Sequence record: SRR31156797_3584
DNA length: 44,188 bases
Reading direction: 5' to 3' (one strand)
Of this stretch, positions 9,646 through 19,646 are shown piece by piece. The stretch's first letter is position 1; every line of letters begins with the position of its first letter. A model generated the notes under the pieces. It made no database searches and was not told where the DNA came from. It was given only the letters and a program-made list of their open reading frames with translations. The translations under genes and the position numbers were made by a program.

Positions 9646-10221
9646 ATGCTGAAAAGAAGTGTTTTATTCATATTGATGGGGTTAATAGTGATTTCAGCTT
9701 CGGCTCAGCAAGAAGCCGGCAATTCATCTATTCCAACATATCAACGTATTGAAGCAGGATATTTGTTTGGCGGACAAATATACAATAACACGTTTACGTA
9801 TAATCCCGGAATACACGTTCAAGGTGTGTTTGGGGCAAAATTAAGTAATCGGGTTAGCGCAGGCGTTGGATTAGGGTTTCAAAGTTTGGAACATGAGCGT
9901 TTTATGCCTGTTTTTGCAGAGGTAATTGGTAAAACAAGAAAGAAAAGTTTTTCTCTGGTTATCAGAATGCAAATGGGTTATGCTCATGGTTGGTATAATG
10001 GATATGATGATATTGCCGGCTTTGATTTTAAAGGTGGAGGCTATTTCAATACAGGATTTGGACTCCAAATGGAGATTTCAAAAAACTACGATGCTACCTT
10101 TTTTCTTTCATATGTTCACCAGTTCGGGCAAATACATTTTGATACTTATAATGAAAATAACCTGGTGCAACAATTGAATTATGATATGTTGGCAATTACC
10201 TTAAGTATCACTCGAAATTAA
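9646..10221 (+). CDS. Predicted secreted outer-membrane beta-barrel protein
   Basis: Signal peptide ending SASAQ; alternating Gly/aromatic beta-strand pattern. Confidence 0.6.
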   Translation: MLKRSVLFILMGLIVISASAQQEAGNSSIPTYQRIEAGYLFGGQIYNNTFTYNPGIHVQGVFGAKLSNRVSAGVGLGFQSLEHERFMPVFAEVIGKTRKKSFSLVIRMQMGYAHGWYNGYDDIAGFDFKGGGYFNTGFGLQMEISKNYDATFFLSYVHQFGQIHFDTYNENNLVQQLNYDMLAITLSITRN

Positions 10222-10231
10222 CACATTTAAA

Positions 10232-12469
10232 ATGCTATTTAACAGAATTATAATATTTGCCCTGCTGAGTGTTTTGCCAGGACTAAATTTTGGACAATCC
10301 CTTGTTATCAACGAGGTCATGTTTACAAACAAAACGGTACTTGAGGATGCAGATGGGGATACTCCTGACTGGATTGAACTTTATAATGCTGGCAATGAGA
10401 TTATAAACATGGCCAATTACAGCATTACCGATGATCGGGATAAAGAAGATTTATGGTATTTCCCAACTTATGAATTACAACCCGGAGACTTTTTTGTGAT
10501 TTTTGCATCTGCTAAAAATAAAATATACGAGAATGAGTTTCATACAGATTTTAAATTAAGAACACTTGAAGAATCGGTCTTTTTGCTAAATCCGAACAGG
10601 GAAGTAATTGATTTTACAGTTGCACAGTGCGTGCCTCCCAATAAAAGCCTTGCATGCACTTCAGATGGTAATTTCAACCATAGGAAAATACTATCACCGA
10701 CGCCCGGCTATTCAAACAATGAAGCGCAGATTTTTGAAATTAATTATCAGCGGGATACTTTAATGGCAAGTCTATCAGGAGGATTCTACACCCAGAATGT
10801 TCAGGTTGATTTGTCAAATACAGTAGCTCAAAATCAAATATATTATGCTTTAAATGCTGACAATCCTGATGCAGATGAAATAATTTACGAAGAGGCTATT
10901 CAGTTATCCGATCTAACAAATAATGAAAACAGATTTGCAGATATTCCTCCAACAGATTTCGAAGTTGGAGATCAAATAACCAAAGCCCCAATTATTAGAG
11001 CACAGGTTTACAGCGAAGGTTGCCCGGCTAGTAATGAAATAAGCCAAACTTATTTTATTGGTCAGGAACTATCTGAAAAGTACAATGTGTATGTGGTGTC
11101 AATGATTACAGATAAAGATAACCTGTTTGATGAGGATGAAGGTATTTATGTTTATGGAAACCATCAGAATTATTTGAGAAGGGGTAAGAAATGGGAAAGA
11201 CCGGTTTCAATTGAGATTTATAATCCTGTGGGTGAAAAAGTTATCAATCAAAAGGCAGGAATTAGAATTCACGGTCGGGGTAGTCGAATGCGTCCTCAAA
11301 AATCTTTTAGGCTTTATGCCAGAGAAGAATATGGAGAGCCATGGTTTAATTATGCATTTTTTAATCAAAAGCCACATTTATCAAAGTTTAAAAGATTACT
11401 GCTTCGGTCAGCTAAAGATTGGGGCGAGTCTATTATCAAAGATGATTTAACTCAAGAGCTTGTAAGCATTATGAATGTGGATTATACTGCTTCTGAAACA
11501 GCTGTGCTTTTTATAAATGGAGAGTATTGGGGGATTTACAGCTTAAGAGAACGACAAGATGAACACTATGTGGCAGGAAATTATGGTGTTGATTCCCCTG
11601 TGCTGAACGTCATAAGCTACAATCATGGTGGAATTTTAGCAGACGAGGGCACCACTACTCAATATGAAAACCTTATTCATTGGTTGGAAAACGCAGATGT
11701 AGATTCACCTAATTTTTTTGATGAAGCCAATTCAAAAATCGATCTTGATGCATTGATTGATTATTATGTGGCAGAAATATATTTGGCCAATACTGATTTT
11801 CCGGAGAATAATCTTCGATTATGGAGAATGGAAAATGACACCGCACGCTGGCGATATTTCTTTTATGATTGCGATGCCTGCATGGTCAGGGGAAGTGAAG
11901 ATCATTTGTCAGATTACACAAATGAAATGGATGATTTTCAAGATTATAATTCCCATGCAACGCTTGTTTTGAGCAAGTTAATGCAAAATATACAGTTCAA
12001 TGAAAATTTTAGGTTTAAATTTTTGCACCACATAAATAATACTTTTGATGCTGATCGGGTAATGTCAAAGATTGAATTATTTGAGTCACGTTTTGCTTCT
12101 TTAATTCCTGAACATTCTTACCGTTGGCACACACCCTCTGATTTTAATAAATGGCAAATGAATGTGGATGGATTACGTGACTTTGCCTTACTAAGACCCA
12201 ATGAAATGAAAACCCAAATAATAGAACAACTTGGAATTCCTTTTGAGGTTTATCCAAACCCAACCCAGGGCTTTTTTAATATACAAGCCGGATGGGGAAA
12301 TGAGCATTATAGAATGAGTGTGTATAACATTCTTGGAAAGCTCATTTTTCAAAAGATTTATAATAACGCTAACCCAATAGAGGTAAATGAGATTCTTGCT
12401 CCAGGCACCTATATTGTTAGATTAGAGTCAGAAGGGCTGGCATTTACTCGTAAACTAATTGTGCAATAA
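10232..12469 (+). CDS. CotH kinase family protein with N-terminal lamin-tail domain and C-terminal T9SS type A sorting domain
   Basis: Signal peptide; LVINEVM..DWIELYN (LTD); GIRIHGRGSR..QKSFRLY, INGEYWGIY, NTDFPENN, FFYDCD (CotH kinase); YPNP...GTYIVRL..RKLIVQ (CTD). Confidence 0.9.
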   Translation: MLFNRIIIFALLSVLPGLNFGQSLVINEVMFTNKTVLEDADGDTPDWIELYNAGNEIINMANYSITDDRDKEDLWYFPTYELQPGDFFVIFASAKNKIYENEFHTDFKLRTLEESVFLLNPNREVIDFTVAQCVPPNKSLACTSDGNFNHRKILSPTPGYSNNEAQIFEINYQRDTLMASLSGGFYTQNVQVDLSNTVAQNQIYYALNADNPDADEIIYEEAIQLSDLTNNENRFADIPPTDFEVGDQITKAPIIRAQVYSEGCPASNEISQTYFIGQELSEKYNVYVVSMITDKDNLFDEDEGIYVYGNHQNYLRRGKKWERPVSIEIYNPVGEKVINQKAGIRIHGRGSRMRPQKSFRLYAREEYGEPWFNYAFFNQKPHLSKFKRLLLRSAKDWGESIIKDDLTQELVSIMNVDYTASETAVLFINGEYWGIYSLRERQDEHYVAGNYGVDSPVLNVISYNHGGILADEGTTTQYENLIHWLENADVDSPNFFDEANSKIDLDALIDYYVAEIYLANTDFPENNLRLWRMENDTARWRYFFYDCDACMVRGSEDHLSDYTNEMDDFQDYNSHATLVLSKLMQNIQFNENFRFKFLHHINNTFDADRVMSKIELFESRFASLIPEHSYRWHTPSDFNKWQMNVDGLRDFALLRPNEMKTQIIEQLGIPFEVYPNPTQGFFNIQAGWGNEHYRMSVYNILGKLIFQKIYNNANPIEVNEILAPGTYIVRLESEGLAFTRKLIVQ

Positions 12470-13123
12470 ATGAATTGCGTCCTTAAATATTGGTTTGTTT
12501 TATTCGCAAGCTTGTTAGTAAGTTCTTTATATTCACAAGAATATAGAGCTGAAGCTGGTGTTTCATATGAGCTTAATCGTGTTGAATTTAAGGCAGGATT
12601 TCAGGGTAGAAGGATTTTTGATGACGGACAATATTTAAACAGTGCCTTGTCTCAATTGGCCGTTGAATATGAACTGGGTAAAAGATTTGATATTGGATTT
12701 TCAATTCGATATGTAGCTACAGGTGAGGCCGAGTCTCTTTCTGCCAGCAGTATCGAATATGAAAGCAAAACCAGAATAACTTTTGATTTCGGAGCAAATC
12801 TTGAACGTTTTGACAATGATTTGAAGCTTAAAAATCGACTGCGGTTTCAAATAAATATTGATGAGGATGGTGAGCAAAAGCAATATCTTCGCGAAAAAGT
12901 TACATTTGATTATAAGCTTTCAAACTTGTTTCGACCCTTTGCTGCTCTAGAAGTTTATTATCAACTTGAGAAAAGCAAACTTAAAGCCTTTAGGTTATAT
13001 CTGGGAAGTGAGTTCGATTTAAACAAACATGAATTGGAATTCTATTCTATCCTGGAAGCACAAAAGAAAGATAAAACGGAATTATATTATATGTTGGGAC
13101 TGGCTTATCGTTTCAATATATAA
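12470..13123 (+). CDS. DUF2490-like outer-membrane beta-barrel protein
   Basis: Signal peptide, NRLRFQ, YLREK, PFAALEVYY, FRLYLG, C-terminal LGLAYRF; ATG directly follows the CotH stop codon. Confidence 0.72.
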   Translation: MNCVLKYWFVLFASLLVSSLYSQEYRAEAGVSYELNRVEFKAGFQGRRIFDDGQYLNSALSQLAVEYELGKRFDIGFSIRYVATGEAESLSASSIEYESKTRITFDFGANLERFDNDLKLKNRLRFQINIDEDGEQKQYLREKVTFDYKLSNLFRPFAALEVYYQLEKSKLKAFRLYLGSEFDLNKHELEFYSILEAQKKDKTELYYMLGLAYRFNI

Positions 13124-13131
13124 TTTGACCT

Positions 13132-13722
13132 CTATTTTACGATATCCGGAAATTTACTTTTGAATTTACGAACCTTAGGTTTAATTACATAACTGCAATA
13201 GGGTGCAAATTCGTTTCTTTCATAGTAATCCTGATGGTTAACCTCAGCTTTATAGAAAATATCCAAAGGCTTAATTTCGGTAACGGCTTTTTTCTCAAAC
13301 CGGTCACTTTTGTTCAATTCATCCATTACCTGATCAATTATCTGTTTATCAGCAGGATCGTTGTAATAAATAGCTGAACGGTATTGTGTGCCCACATCAT
13401 TTCCTTGCCTGTTTAGCGTAGTAGGGTCATGCACTGTAAAAAAAATATCCAGTACCTTTTCCAGAGAAATTTTGCTCGGATCATATACTACTTCTACCAC
13501 TTCCGCGTGCCCGGTTGTGCCGGAGCACACTGCTTCATAGGTAGGGTTTTTGGTTTTTCCACCGGCATAGCCTGATGTGGCAGAGATTACACCATCTGTC
13601 ATATTAAACACGGCCTCAACACACCAGAAGCATCCGCCTCCAAGTACGATTGTTTTATTATTGCTCATAGTTTCTGAATTTGATCCAAACCACAAAAACA
13701 AACTAACTAACAAGATTTTCAT
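13132..13722 (-). CDS. msrA: Peptide methionine (S)-sulfoxide reductase
   Basis: GGGCFWCVE, SGYAGG, TGHAE, HDPTTLNRQGNDVGTQYRS, AE.HQDYY; start probably 13722 (or the downstream MSNNK ATG). Confidence 0.95.
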   Translation of the reverse strand: MKILLVSLFLWFGSNSETMSNNKTIVLGGGCFWCVEAVFNMTDGVISATSGYAGGKTKNPTYEAVCSGTTGHAEVVEVVYDPSKISLEKVLDIFFTVHDPTTLNRQGNDVGTQYRSAIYYNDPADKQIIDQVMDELNKSDRFEKKAVTEIKPLDIFYKAEVNHQDYYERNEFAPYCSYVIKPKVRKFKSKFPDIVK

Positions 13723-13929
13723 GGTAAATATAATTTGGTTTTTAGCTGTAGAAATAGGAACAGTTATATTATTGATTTGTTGAGCATGGAATGTCAAACC
13801 AAAAATAATTATTGCCAGGCAGGGCATTGATTTTCAGGGGTTTAGCCGGCCAAATTAAATCTTTTTTTAAAGTGTCTTTTTTTAATTCTATGTGAAAAAG
13901 GGAGGTGAGAAAAGTTGTTGAATTTAGCA

Positions 13930-14163
13930 TTATAATAATGCTTCTACTAAAATATCTTCATCAAGGTCTTCCCAGTGAATACCTTCACCTGAGCCGATTA
14001 GCCTCCAGTTTTTCTTTTGTTTTTCTGTTGCATTCTTAATGTTTGGGAACCAATCAAGTGGTATTGAGATCTCTCTTCCATCTTCAAGTAAAACAAATAA
14101 GCGAAACTGGTCAAAACGAACGTTTGTTGCTTTTGTGGATTTATTAATTGCTAAAGTATTCAT
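13930..14163 (-). CDS. DUF2442 family protein (putative antitoxin)
   Basis: LEDGREISIPLDWFP, GEGIHWEDLDEDI motif. Confidence 0.88.
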   Translation of the reverse strand: MNTLAINKSTKATNVRFDQFRLFVLLEDGREISIPLDWFPNIKNATEKQKKNWRLIGSGEGIHWEDLDEDILVEALL

Positions 14164-14376
14164 TCCATTTTTCTTTAAATAATTCTTTGTTTTCTTCTAC
14201 AAGCGCTGCTATCTCATTAATTTCTTTCGGCTTAAATCTAATGGTTTTTAATAAACGAACAGGTTCTAATTCAAATTTTGCAGTTGCATTCGCTTTTTCT
14301 ACATGAATGTGCAATGGAGAATGATCATTGCTGTAAAAAAAGAATCGATAACCCCTGGCTCTTAAACTTTTGGCAT
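14144..14376 (-). pseudogene. Frameshifted DUF4160 family (HicA-like toxin candidate) gene
   Basis: ATG CCA AAA GTT TAA stops at codon 5; restoring one base gives MPKVLRARGYRFFFYSNDHSPLHIHVEKANATAKFELEPV...EKWNEYFSN* (span 233 bp = 78 codons minus 1 nt). Confidence 0.85.
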
Positions 14377-14388
14377 GACTTTTTTTAT

Positions 14389-14396
14389 CAAAGATA
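14389..14396 (-). promoter_or_regulatory. -7 promoter element of the DUF4160-DUF2442 pair
   Basis: TATCTTTG (TAnnTTTG) 12 nt upstream of the ATG at 14376. Confidence 0.6.
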
Positions 14397-14580
14397 CTTT
14401 TTTACTCTAATTCTACGATAATTTATAAATGAAGTTATTTTCAATTCAATTATATAAAAAAATGAAATATATATTTCTTAATCCTTTTTCGGACAATTTT
14501 ACATTATACTATGAGAATCAGTTTTGAATGCTTAATTTAGCAAAACCAAATTTTAAAAATCAACCAAAAAATAAATTGAT

Positions 14581-15969
14581 ATGTTTAAAAAAGATGTCTA
14601 TATCGATCGCCGTAAGCGACTTGTGAGTAAAATGTCTGGAGGAATTGCATTGTTCCCGGGGCATACAGATTCTCCAATGAATTATATTTCTAACATATTT
14701 CATTTTCGTCAAAATAGTTCATTTCTATATTACTTCGGATTAGACTTTCCGGATATTGCAGCAGCCATTGATTTGGATAGTGGCGAAAGCGTAGTCTTTG
14801 GAAACGACGTTACGATGGATGATATCATTTGGATGGGACCTCAGCCATCAATGAGAGAGCGCTGTGCAAATGTAGGTGTTGAAGATAGTCGTCCTTATAA
14901 TGACTTTTTTGATTATGTGAAGAAAGCACAAGATTCAGGACGTAAAATTCATTTCTTACCTCAGTATCGTGGTGAGACCAAGATCCTGATGAGTTCGCTT
15001 TTGGGCATGAAAGCTATTGATGTAAATGAACATCAGTCAGTTGAGCTAATCAAAGCTGTTGTTGCCATGCGTAATATCAAAGATGAATATGAAATTGAGG
15101 AGTTGACTAAAGCTGCAGCCACAGGATATGAAATGCACGTAACAGCTATGAAAATGGCTATGCCTGGTGTTTGGGAGCAAAAAATTGCCGGAACAGTAGA
15201 AGGAATCGCTCTTGCAGGAGGCGGAATGCTTTCATTCCCAATTATTTTGTCGCAAAACGGGCAAACACTCCACAACCACGATCACAGCCAAATGCTAACT
15301 GAAGGCCGCATGATGTTGACAGATACCGGATGCGAATCATCAATGCACTATGCTAGTGATAATACACGAACAGTACCTGTAGGAGGAAAATTTAATCAGC
15401 GTCAAAAAGACATTTACAATATAGTTTTAGATGCAAACAATAACGCCACAGCAATGGCTAAGCCTGGCACACCATATTTTGATTGTCACATAGAAGCCGC
15501 ACGTACATTAGCAGCAGGTCTCAAAGACCTTGGAATTATGAAGGGTGATCCTGAAGAAGCTGCGCGCATTGGTGCTTATGCATTATTTCAGCCACACGGA
15601 TTAGGCCACATGATGGGATTGGATGTACATGATATGGAAGACCTTGGCGAAAACTATGTGGGTTATGATGAGGAAATCAAACGCTCAGAAATTTTTGGTT
15701 TAGCTGGATTGCGTCTAGGTAGAAGACTGGAGCCGGGATTTGTTTTAACTAACGAACCTGGATGCTATTTCATCCCGGAATTGATTGACAAATGGGAAAG
15801 TGAAAAGAAATTTGCTGATTTCATTAATTACGATAAAGTAGCTGAATACAGAGACTTCGGAGGAATTCGATTGGAAGATGACTTGCTAATCACGGACAAA
15901 GGAGCTGAGTTAATTGGCGAGCGTATTCCTATTACTGTGGAAGAAGTTGAAGAAACCATGAATAGTTAA
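14581..15969 (+). CDS. pepP: Xaa-Pro aminopeptidase (M24B)
   Basis: FRQNSSFLYYFG (AMP_N), LHNH, YASDNTRT, HGLGHMMGLDVHD, TNEPG, GIRLEDD. Confidence 0.92.
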   Translation: MFKKDVYIDRRKRLVSKMSGGIALFPGHTDSPMNYISNIFHFRQNSSFLYYFGLDFPDIAAAIDLDSGESVVFGNDVTMDDIIWMGPQPSMRERCANVGVEDSRPYNDFFDYVKKAQDSGRKIHFLPQYRGETKILMSSLLGMKAIDVNEHQSVELIKAVVAMRNIKDEYEIEELTKAAATGYEMHVTAMKMAMPGVWEQKIAGTVEGIALAGGGMLSFPIILSQNGQTLHNHDHSQMLTEGRMMLTDTGCESSMHYASDNTRTVPVGGKFNQRQKDIYNIVLDANNNATAMAKPGTPYFDCHIEAARTLAAGLKDLGIMKGDPEEAARIGAYALFQPHGLGHMMGLDVHDMEDLGENYVGYDEEIKRSEIFGLAGLRLGRRLEPGFVLTNEPGCYFIPELIDKWESEKKFADFINYDKVAEYRDFGGIRLEDDLLITDKGAELIGERIPITVEEVEETMNS

Positions 15970-15988
15970 TGGTAACACTATAAAAACT

Positions 15989-16020
15989 AAACGCCGGTTG
16001 TTATAAGCCGGCGTTTTTTA
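15989..16020. terminator. Terminator hairpin between convergent pepP and FISUMP genes
   Basis: AAACGCCGG-TTGTTATAAG-CCGGCGTTTTTT. Confidence 0.8.
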
Positions 16021-16021
16021 T

Positions 16022-16666
16022 TTATTCGTCTTTTATACATCTAACAGACATTCCTATGTCATATGGGGCAAAATCCATATAACTTTTCTTGCCTTTTTTA
16101 CCTACAAAAAGTAGCCAGGATCGGCCGTTAATGCTTTTGCTCGAAGTCCAAAAATTGCCATTCTCATACATGTCAAAATAAAGCCCATCTTCACTCCTCC
16201 AGCCGCTTTGCAAGGCTTCAAATCCGCTGCAGCCACCAGTAATTATTTCCTTTGATGGTTTTTTGGAAATTTTTGAAACCATGAACATGAGTTGCTCAAA
16301 ATCAGTTCTTTTGGGCAGCCTCCATCCATCAGGGCATACGTTTTTGGCGGTTTGCCAATTGTATAAATACCCATGATCAATTACCATTGATTCATTATTG
16401 TCGTAACTCCAGCAACCGGATTCAGTTTTATATGCAAGGTTTTCGGCCATCCATGTTTGTTTGCCAATTTTAATGGTCTTATAGCTTTTCCCGTCGCGTT
16501 TATCTGTGAATGGCTGGCTGTTAGTAATGTATTTTGATATAATGTTTTGTTCCTGATCCTGTTCATCTTTATTATTTGCAGTGTTGTTTTGACCCAAAAC
16601 AATGTTTGTGGAAATGATCCAAAGCAACAATATTGCACCTAATGCACTGGTAGTTAATTGATTCAT
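16022..16666 (-). CDS. FISUMP (Fibrobacter succinogenes major paralogous domain) protein
   Basis: FTDKRDGKSYKTIKIGKQTWMAENL, GYLYNW, CPDGWRLP, SVRCIKD. Confidence 0.9.
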   Translation of the reverse strand: MNQLTTSALGAILLLWIISTNIVLGQNNTANNKDEQDQEQNIISKYITNSQPFTDKRDGKSYKTIKIGKQTWMAENLAYKTESGCWSYDNNESMVIDHGYLYNWQTAKNVCPDGWRLPKRTDFEQLMFMVSKISKKPSKEIITGGCSGFEALQSGWRSEDGLYFDMYENGNFWTSSKSINGRSWLLFVGKKGKKSYMDFAPYDIGMSVRCIKDE

Positions 16667-16871
16667 GTTTTAGTTTGGCCTGCAAATTGAGATTTAAGAT
16701 ACAAATAAGTGCATAATCCAACAAATGAAATCCGGTTAGTTTTAACTTTTTATTAAGTCTTTTAAAAGTCGAAACGGACAGGGTTTTAATCTTTAAATTT
16801 GAAAGGAGAAATAAAAGTTATTTAAATGACTATTTGTGTATGAAAATTGTAGGAATTATAAGATGTTTTTA

Positions 16872-16879
16872 TAATTTTG
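16872..16879 (+). promoter_or_regulatory. -7 promoter element of the yceD-rpmF-plsX-fabH operon
   Basis: TAATTTTG followed by CA. Confidence 0.6.
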
Positions 16880-16923
16880 CACGAATTTTCTTTTAGAAAT
16901 TGCATAAAGAAGGGCTGGAAAAT

Positions 16924-17442
16924 ATGAAAATACAAGAAAGAGAGGACGTTTTATATGCAGTTCAGGTTTCAGGACTTTCAACCGGAGAGCATAGTTTTCA
17001 GTTTGATATTGAGAACAAACTCTTAAATAAATTTGAAAATGATGAGATCAACGACATCAAGTTAAAAGCTGATGTGAAACTCATCAAAAGACCAAATATT
17101 ACAGAGTTAGAAATTCGGTTAGATGGAATAATTCGCATTATTTGCGACCGCTGTTTAAGTGATTTTGATTACAAAATCAGTCTTAATGAGCCAGTTATTG
17201 TAAAACAGGCATCGAAAAATCCTGATAATGAAATAAACATCATTATCTTTGAGCCCGAAACAGGAGAATTAGTATTTGATCAATATTTCTACGATATGAT
17301 TATGACTGCTTTGCCCATGCAAAGAGCTCATGAAAATGAAGAAGAATGCGATCATGATATGATAGAGAGATTAGAAGTAAAAGATAGTCCGTCGGATGAA
17401 GAAATCGATCCCCGATGGAATGATTTGAAAAATTTAATTTAA
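16924..17442 (+). CDS. DUF177/YceD family protein
   Basis: CDRCL, ALPMQ, DPRWNDL; canonical position upstream of rpmF. Confidence 0.9.
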   Translation: MKIQEREDVLYAVQVSGLSTGEHSFQFDIENKLLNKFENDEINDIKLKADVKLIKRPNITELEIRLDGIIRIICDRCLSDFDYKISLNEPVIVKQASKNPDNEINIIIFEPETGELVFDQYFYDMIMTALPMQRAHENEEECDHDMIERLEVKDSPSDEEIDPRWNDLKNLI

Positions 17443-17453
17443 ATCGATTTAAA

Positions 17454-17639
17454 ATGGCACATCCAAAAAGTAGAATTTCGAAGCAGAGAAAGCGTAAGAG
17501 AAGAACTCATTACAAAGCAGAAAAACCACAATTGACTGCTTGCAACAATTGCGGAGCAACAGTTCAGTATCACAGAGTTTGTCCAGAGTGTGGATATTAT
17601 CGTGGACGTCAAGCTATTGAGAAAGAAATTAGCTTGTAG
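17454..17639 (+). CDS. rpmF: 50S ribosomal protein L32
   Basis: MAHPK..SKQRKRKRRTHYK, CxxC...HRVCPECGYYRG. Confidence 0.97.
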   Translation: MAHPKSRISKQRKRKRRTHYKAEKPQLTACNNCGATVQYHRVCPECGYYRGRQAIEKEISL

Positions 17640-17679
17640 CAATACGTTGATTAGAATTCACAAGGCAAATAATTAGCAA

Positions 17680-18627
17680 GTGAACATAGGTATTGATATA
17701 ATGGGTGGCGATTATGCTCCGGATCATACTGTAGCCGGAGTATATGAAGCTGCTAATGAATTTGGACAGGATTGTAATTTTATTTTGTTCGGTGATCGTG
17801 ATGTGATTTTAAAGTCGGCTGACATGCAAAAAATTGATGTCAGCAAATTTGAAATTGTTCATTGTCCAACGACAATTGAAATGAATGATCATCCGGCAAA
17901 GGCATTTCAGGAAAAAAAGGATAGTAGCATTGTAACCGGATTTCAGTATTTGGCAACTTCTCAGATTGATGGGTTTGCCAGTGCAGGTAATACAGGTGCA
18001 ATGTTGGTAGGCTCAATGACCCTGATTAAAGCAATCCCGGGTATTGAACGTCCAGCGATTACATCACCTCTTCCCAGACCGGGAGGTAAAGATGGATTAT
18101 TGCTTGATGTGGGTATTTATCCCGATACTAAACCTGAAAATCTTTATCAATACGGCATACTTGGATCTGTTTATGCCAAAGCTGTAAATCATTTAGAAGA
18201 TCCTAAAGTGGGTTTATTAAATATTGGCTCAGAACCGGGTAAAGGTTCTTTACTTGCTAAATCAGCATTTAGCTTAATGGAAAAAGCAACACAATTTAAC
18301 TTCACCGGCAATTTGGAGGGTTCTGACTTGTTTCGTGATGGCACCGCCGATGTTGTTGTTTGTGATGGTTTTACCGGAAACATTGTTTTAAAAGAAGCAG
18401 AGTTTTTTTACAGGATTTATAAGAAACGAAATCTAAAAGACGAATTTTTTGAAAGGTTTAATTTTGAGCAATATGGGGGGGCACCTGTGTTGGGAATTAA
18501 TAAACCGGTAATTATTGGTCATGGTGTTTCTAAAAGTGCTGCTATAAAAAACATGCTCTTGCATACGAAAGAAGTTATTAAAGCCAATTATAGTCAGAGA
18601 ATTAAAGAGTTTTTAAGTCATGAGTAA
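17680..18627 (+). CDS. plsX: Phosphate acyltransferase PlsX
   Basis: [49 protein letters not shown]. Confidence 0.95.
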   Translation: MNIGIDIMGGDYAPDHTVAGVYEAANEFGQDCNFILFGDRDVILKSADMQKIDVSKFEIVHCPTTIEMNDHPAKAFQEKKDSSIVTGFQYLATSQIDGFASAGNTGAMLVGSMTLIKAIPGIERPAITSPLPRPGGKDGLLLDVGIYPDTKPENLYQYGILGSVYAKAVNHLEDPKVGLLNIGSEPGKGSLLAKSAFSLMEKATQFNFTGNLEGSDLFRDGTADVVVCDGFTGNIVLKEAEFFYRIYKKRNLKDEFFERFNFEQYGGAPVLGINKPVIIGHGVSKSAAIKNMLLHTKEVIKANYSQRIKEFLSHE

Positions 18628-19621
18628 AATCAATGCAACAATAACCGGTGTGGCAGGATACGTTCCTGAATATCGACTCACCAATGATGAATTAGCACAA
18701 ATGGTGGATACTTCCGATGAATGGATCATGACCCGTATCGGAATTAAAGAGCGACGCATAAATAAAGGAGAGGGAAAAGGCTCTTCAGATTTAGGCGCCG
18801 AAGCAGTGAAAAGCTTATTAGCAAAAACAAATACAAAACCAGAAGAGGTTGATGTATTAATCAACTGTACAGTTACACCGGATATGCAGTTTCCTGCAAC
18901 AGCCAATATTATTTGCGATAAAGTAGGAATAAAAAATGCATTTAGCTTTGACTTAAATGCCGGATGTTCTGGATTTTTATATGGAATGGAAACCATTTCT
19001 AAATTTATAGAAAGTGGTAAATATAAGAAAGCAGTACTTGTAGGATCAGAAACCATGTCTTCAATTGTTGACTATCAGGACCGCGCAACATCGCCAATTT
19101 TTGGAGATGGAGCTGGTGCCGTTTTGGTTGAGCCTACTACAGATGAAAATATTGGTGTAATAGATTCGAAACTTCAATCCGACGGTGTTGGTCGACACCA
19201 TTTACATCAAAAAGCAGGTGGCTCTGTTAAACCAGCATCTCATGAAACGGTAGATGCTCGCGAGCATTTTATTTATCAGGAAGGTCAACCAGTATTTAAA
19301 TGGGCTGTTTCTAAAATGGCTGATGTATCTGTTGAAATGATGGAAAGAAACAATATTGCTCCTGATGACTTAACTTGGCTTGTTCCTCACCAGGCAAATA
19401 TGCGTATTATTGAAGCTACTGCAAAGCGCATGGGTATTAGGAAAGAGCAGGTAATGATTAATATTCAGAAGTTTGGAAATACTACAGCTGCAACATTACC
19501 GTTATGCTTGTGGGAATGGGAACCACAATTGAAAAAAGGGGATAACATTATCCTTGCTACTTTTGGTGCAGGTTTTACCTGGGGATCAATGTATATCAAG
19601 TGGGGATACGACGGAAAATAA
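18620..19621 (+). CDS. fabH: Beta-ketoacyl-ACP synthase III
   Basis: [40 protein letters not shown]. Confidence 0.96.
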   Translation: MSKINATITGVAGYVPEYRLTNDELAQMVDTSDEWIMTRIGIKERRINKGEGKGSSDLGAEAVKSLLAKTNTKPEEVDVLINCTVTPDMQFPATANIICDKVGIKNAFSFDLNAGCSGFLYGMETISKFIESGKYKKAVLVGSETMSSIVDYQDRATSPIFGDGAGAVLVEPTTDENIGVIDSKLQSDGVGRHHLHQKAGGSVKPASHETVDAREHFIYQEGQPVFKWAVSKMADVSVEMMERNNIAPDDLTWLVPHQANMRIIEATAKRMGIRKEQVMINIQKFGNTTAATLPLCLWEWEPQLKKGDNIILATFGAGFTWGSMYIKWGYDGK

Positions 19622-19646
19622 TTGATAAGAAAGAAATATTTTAGAT

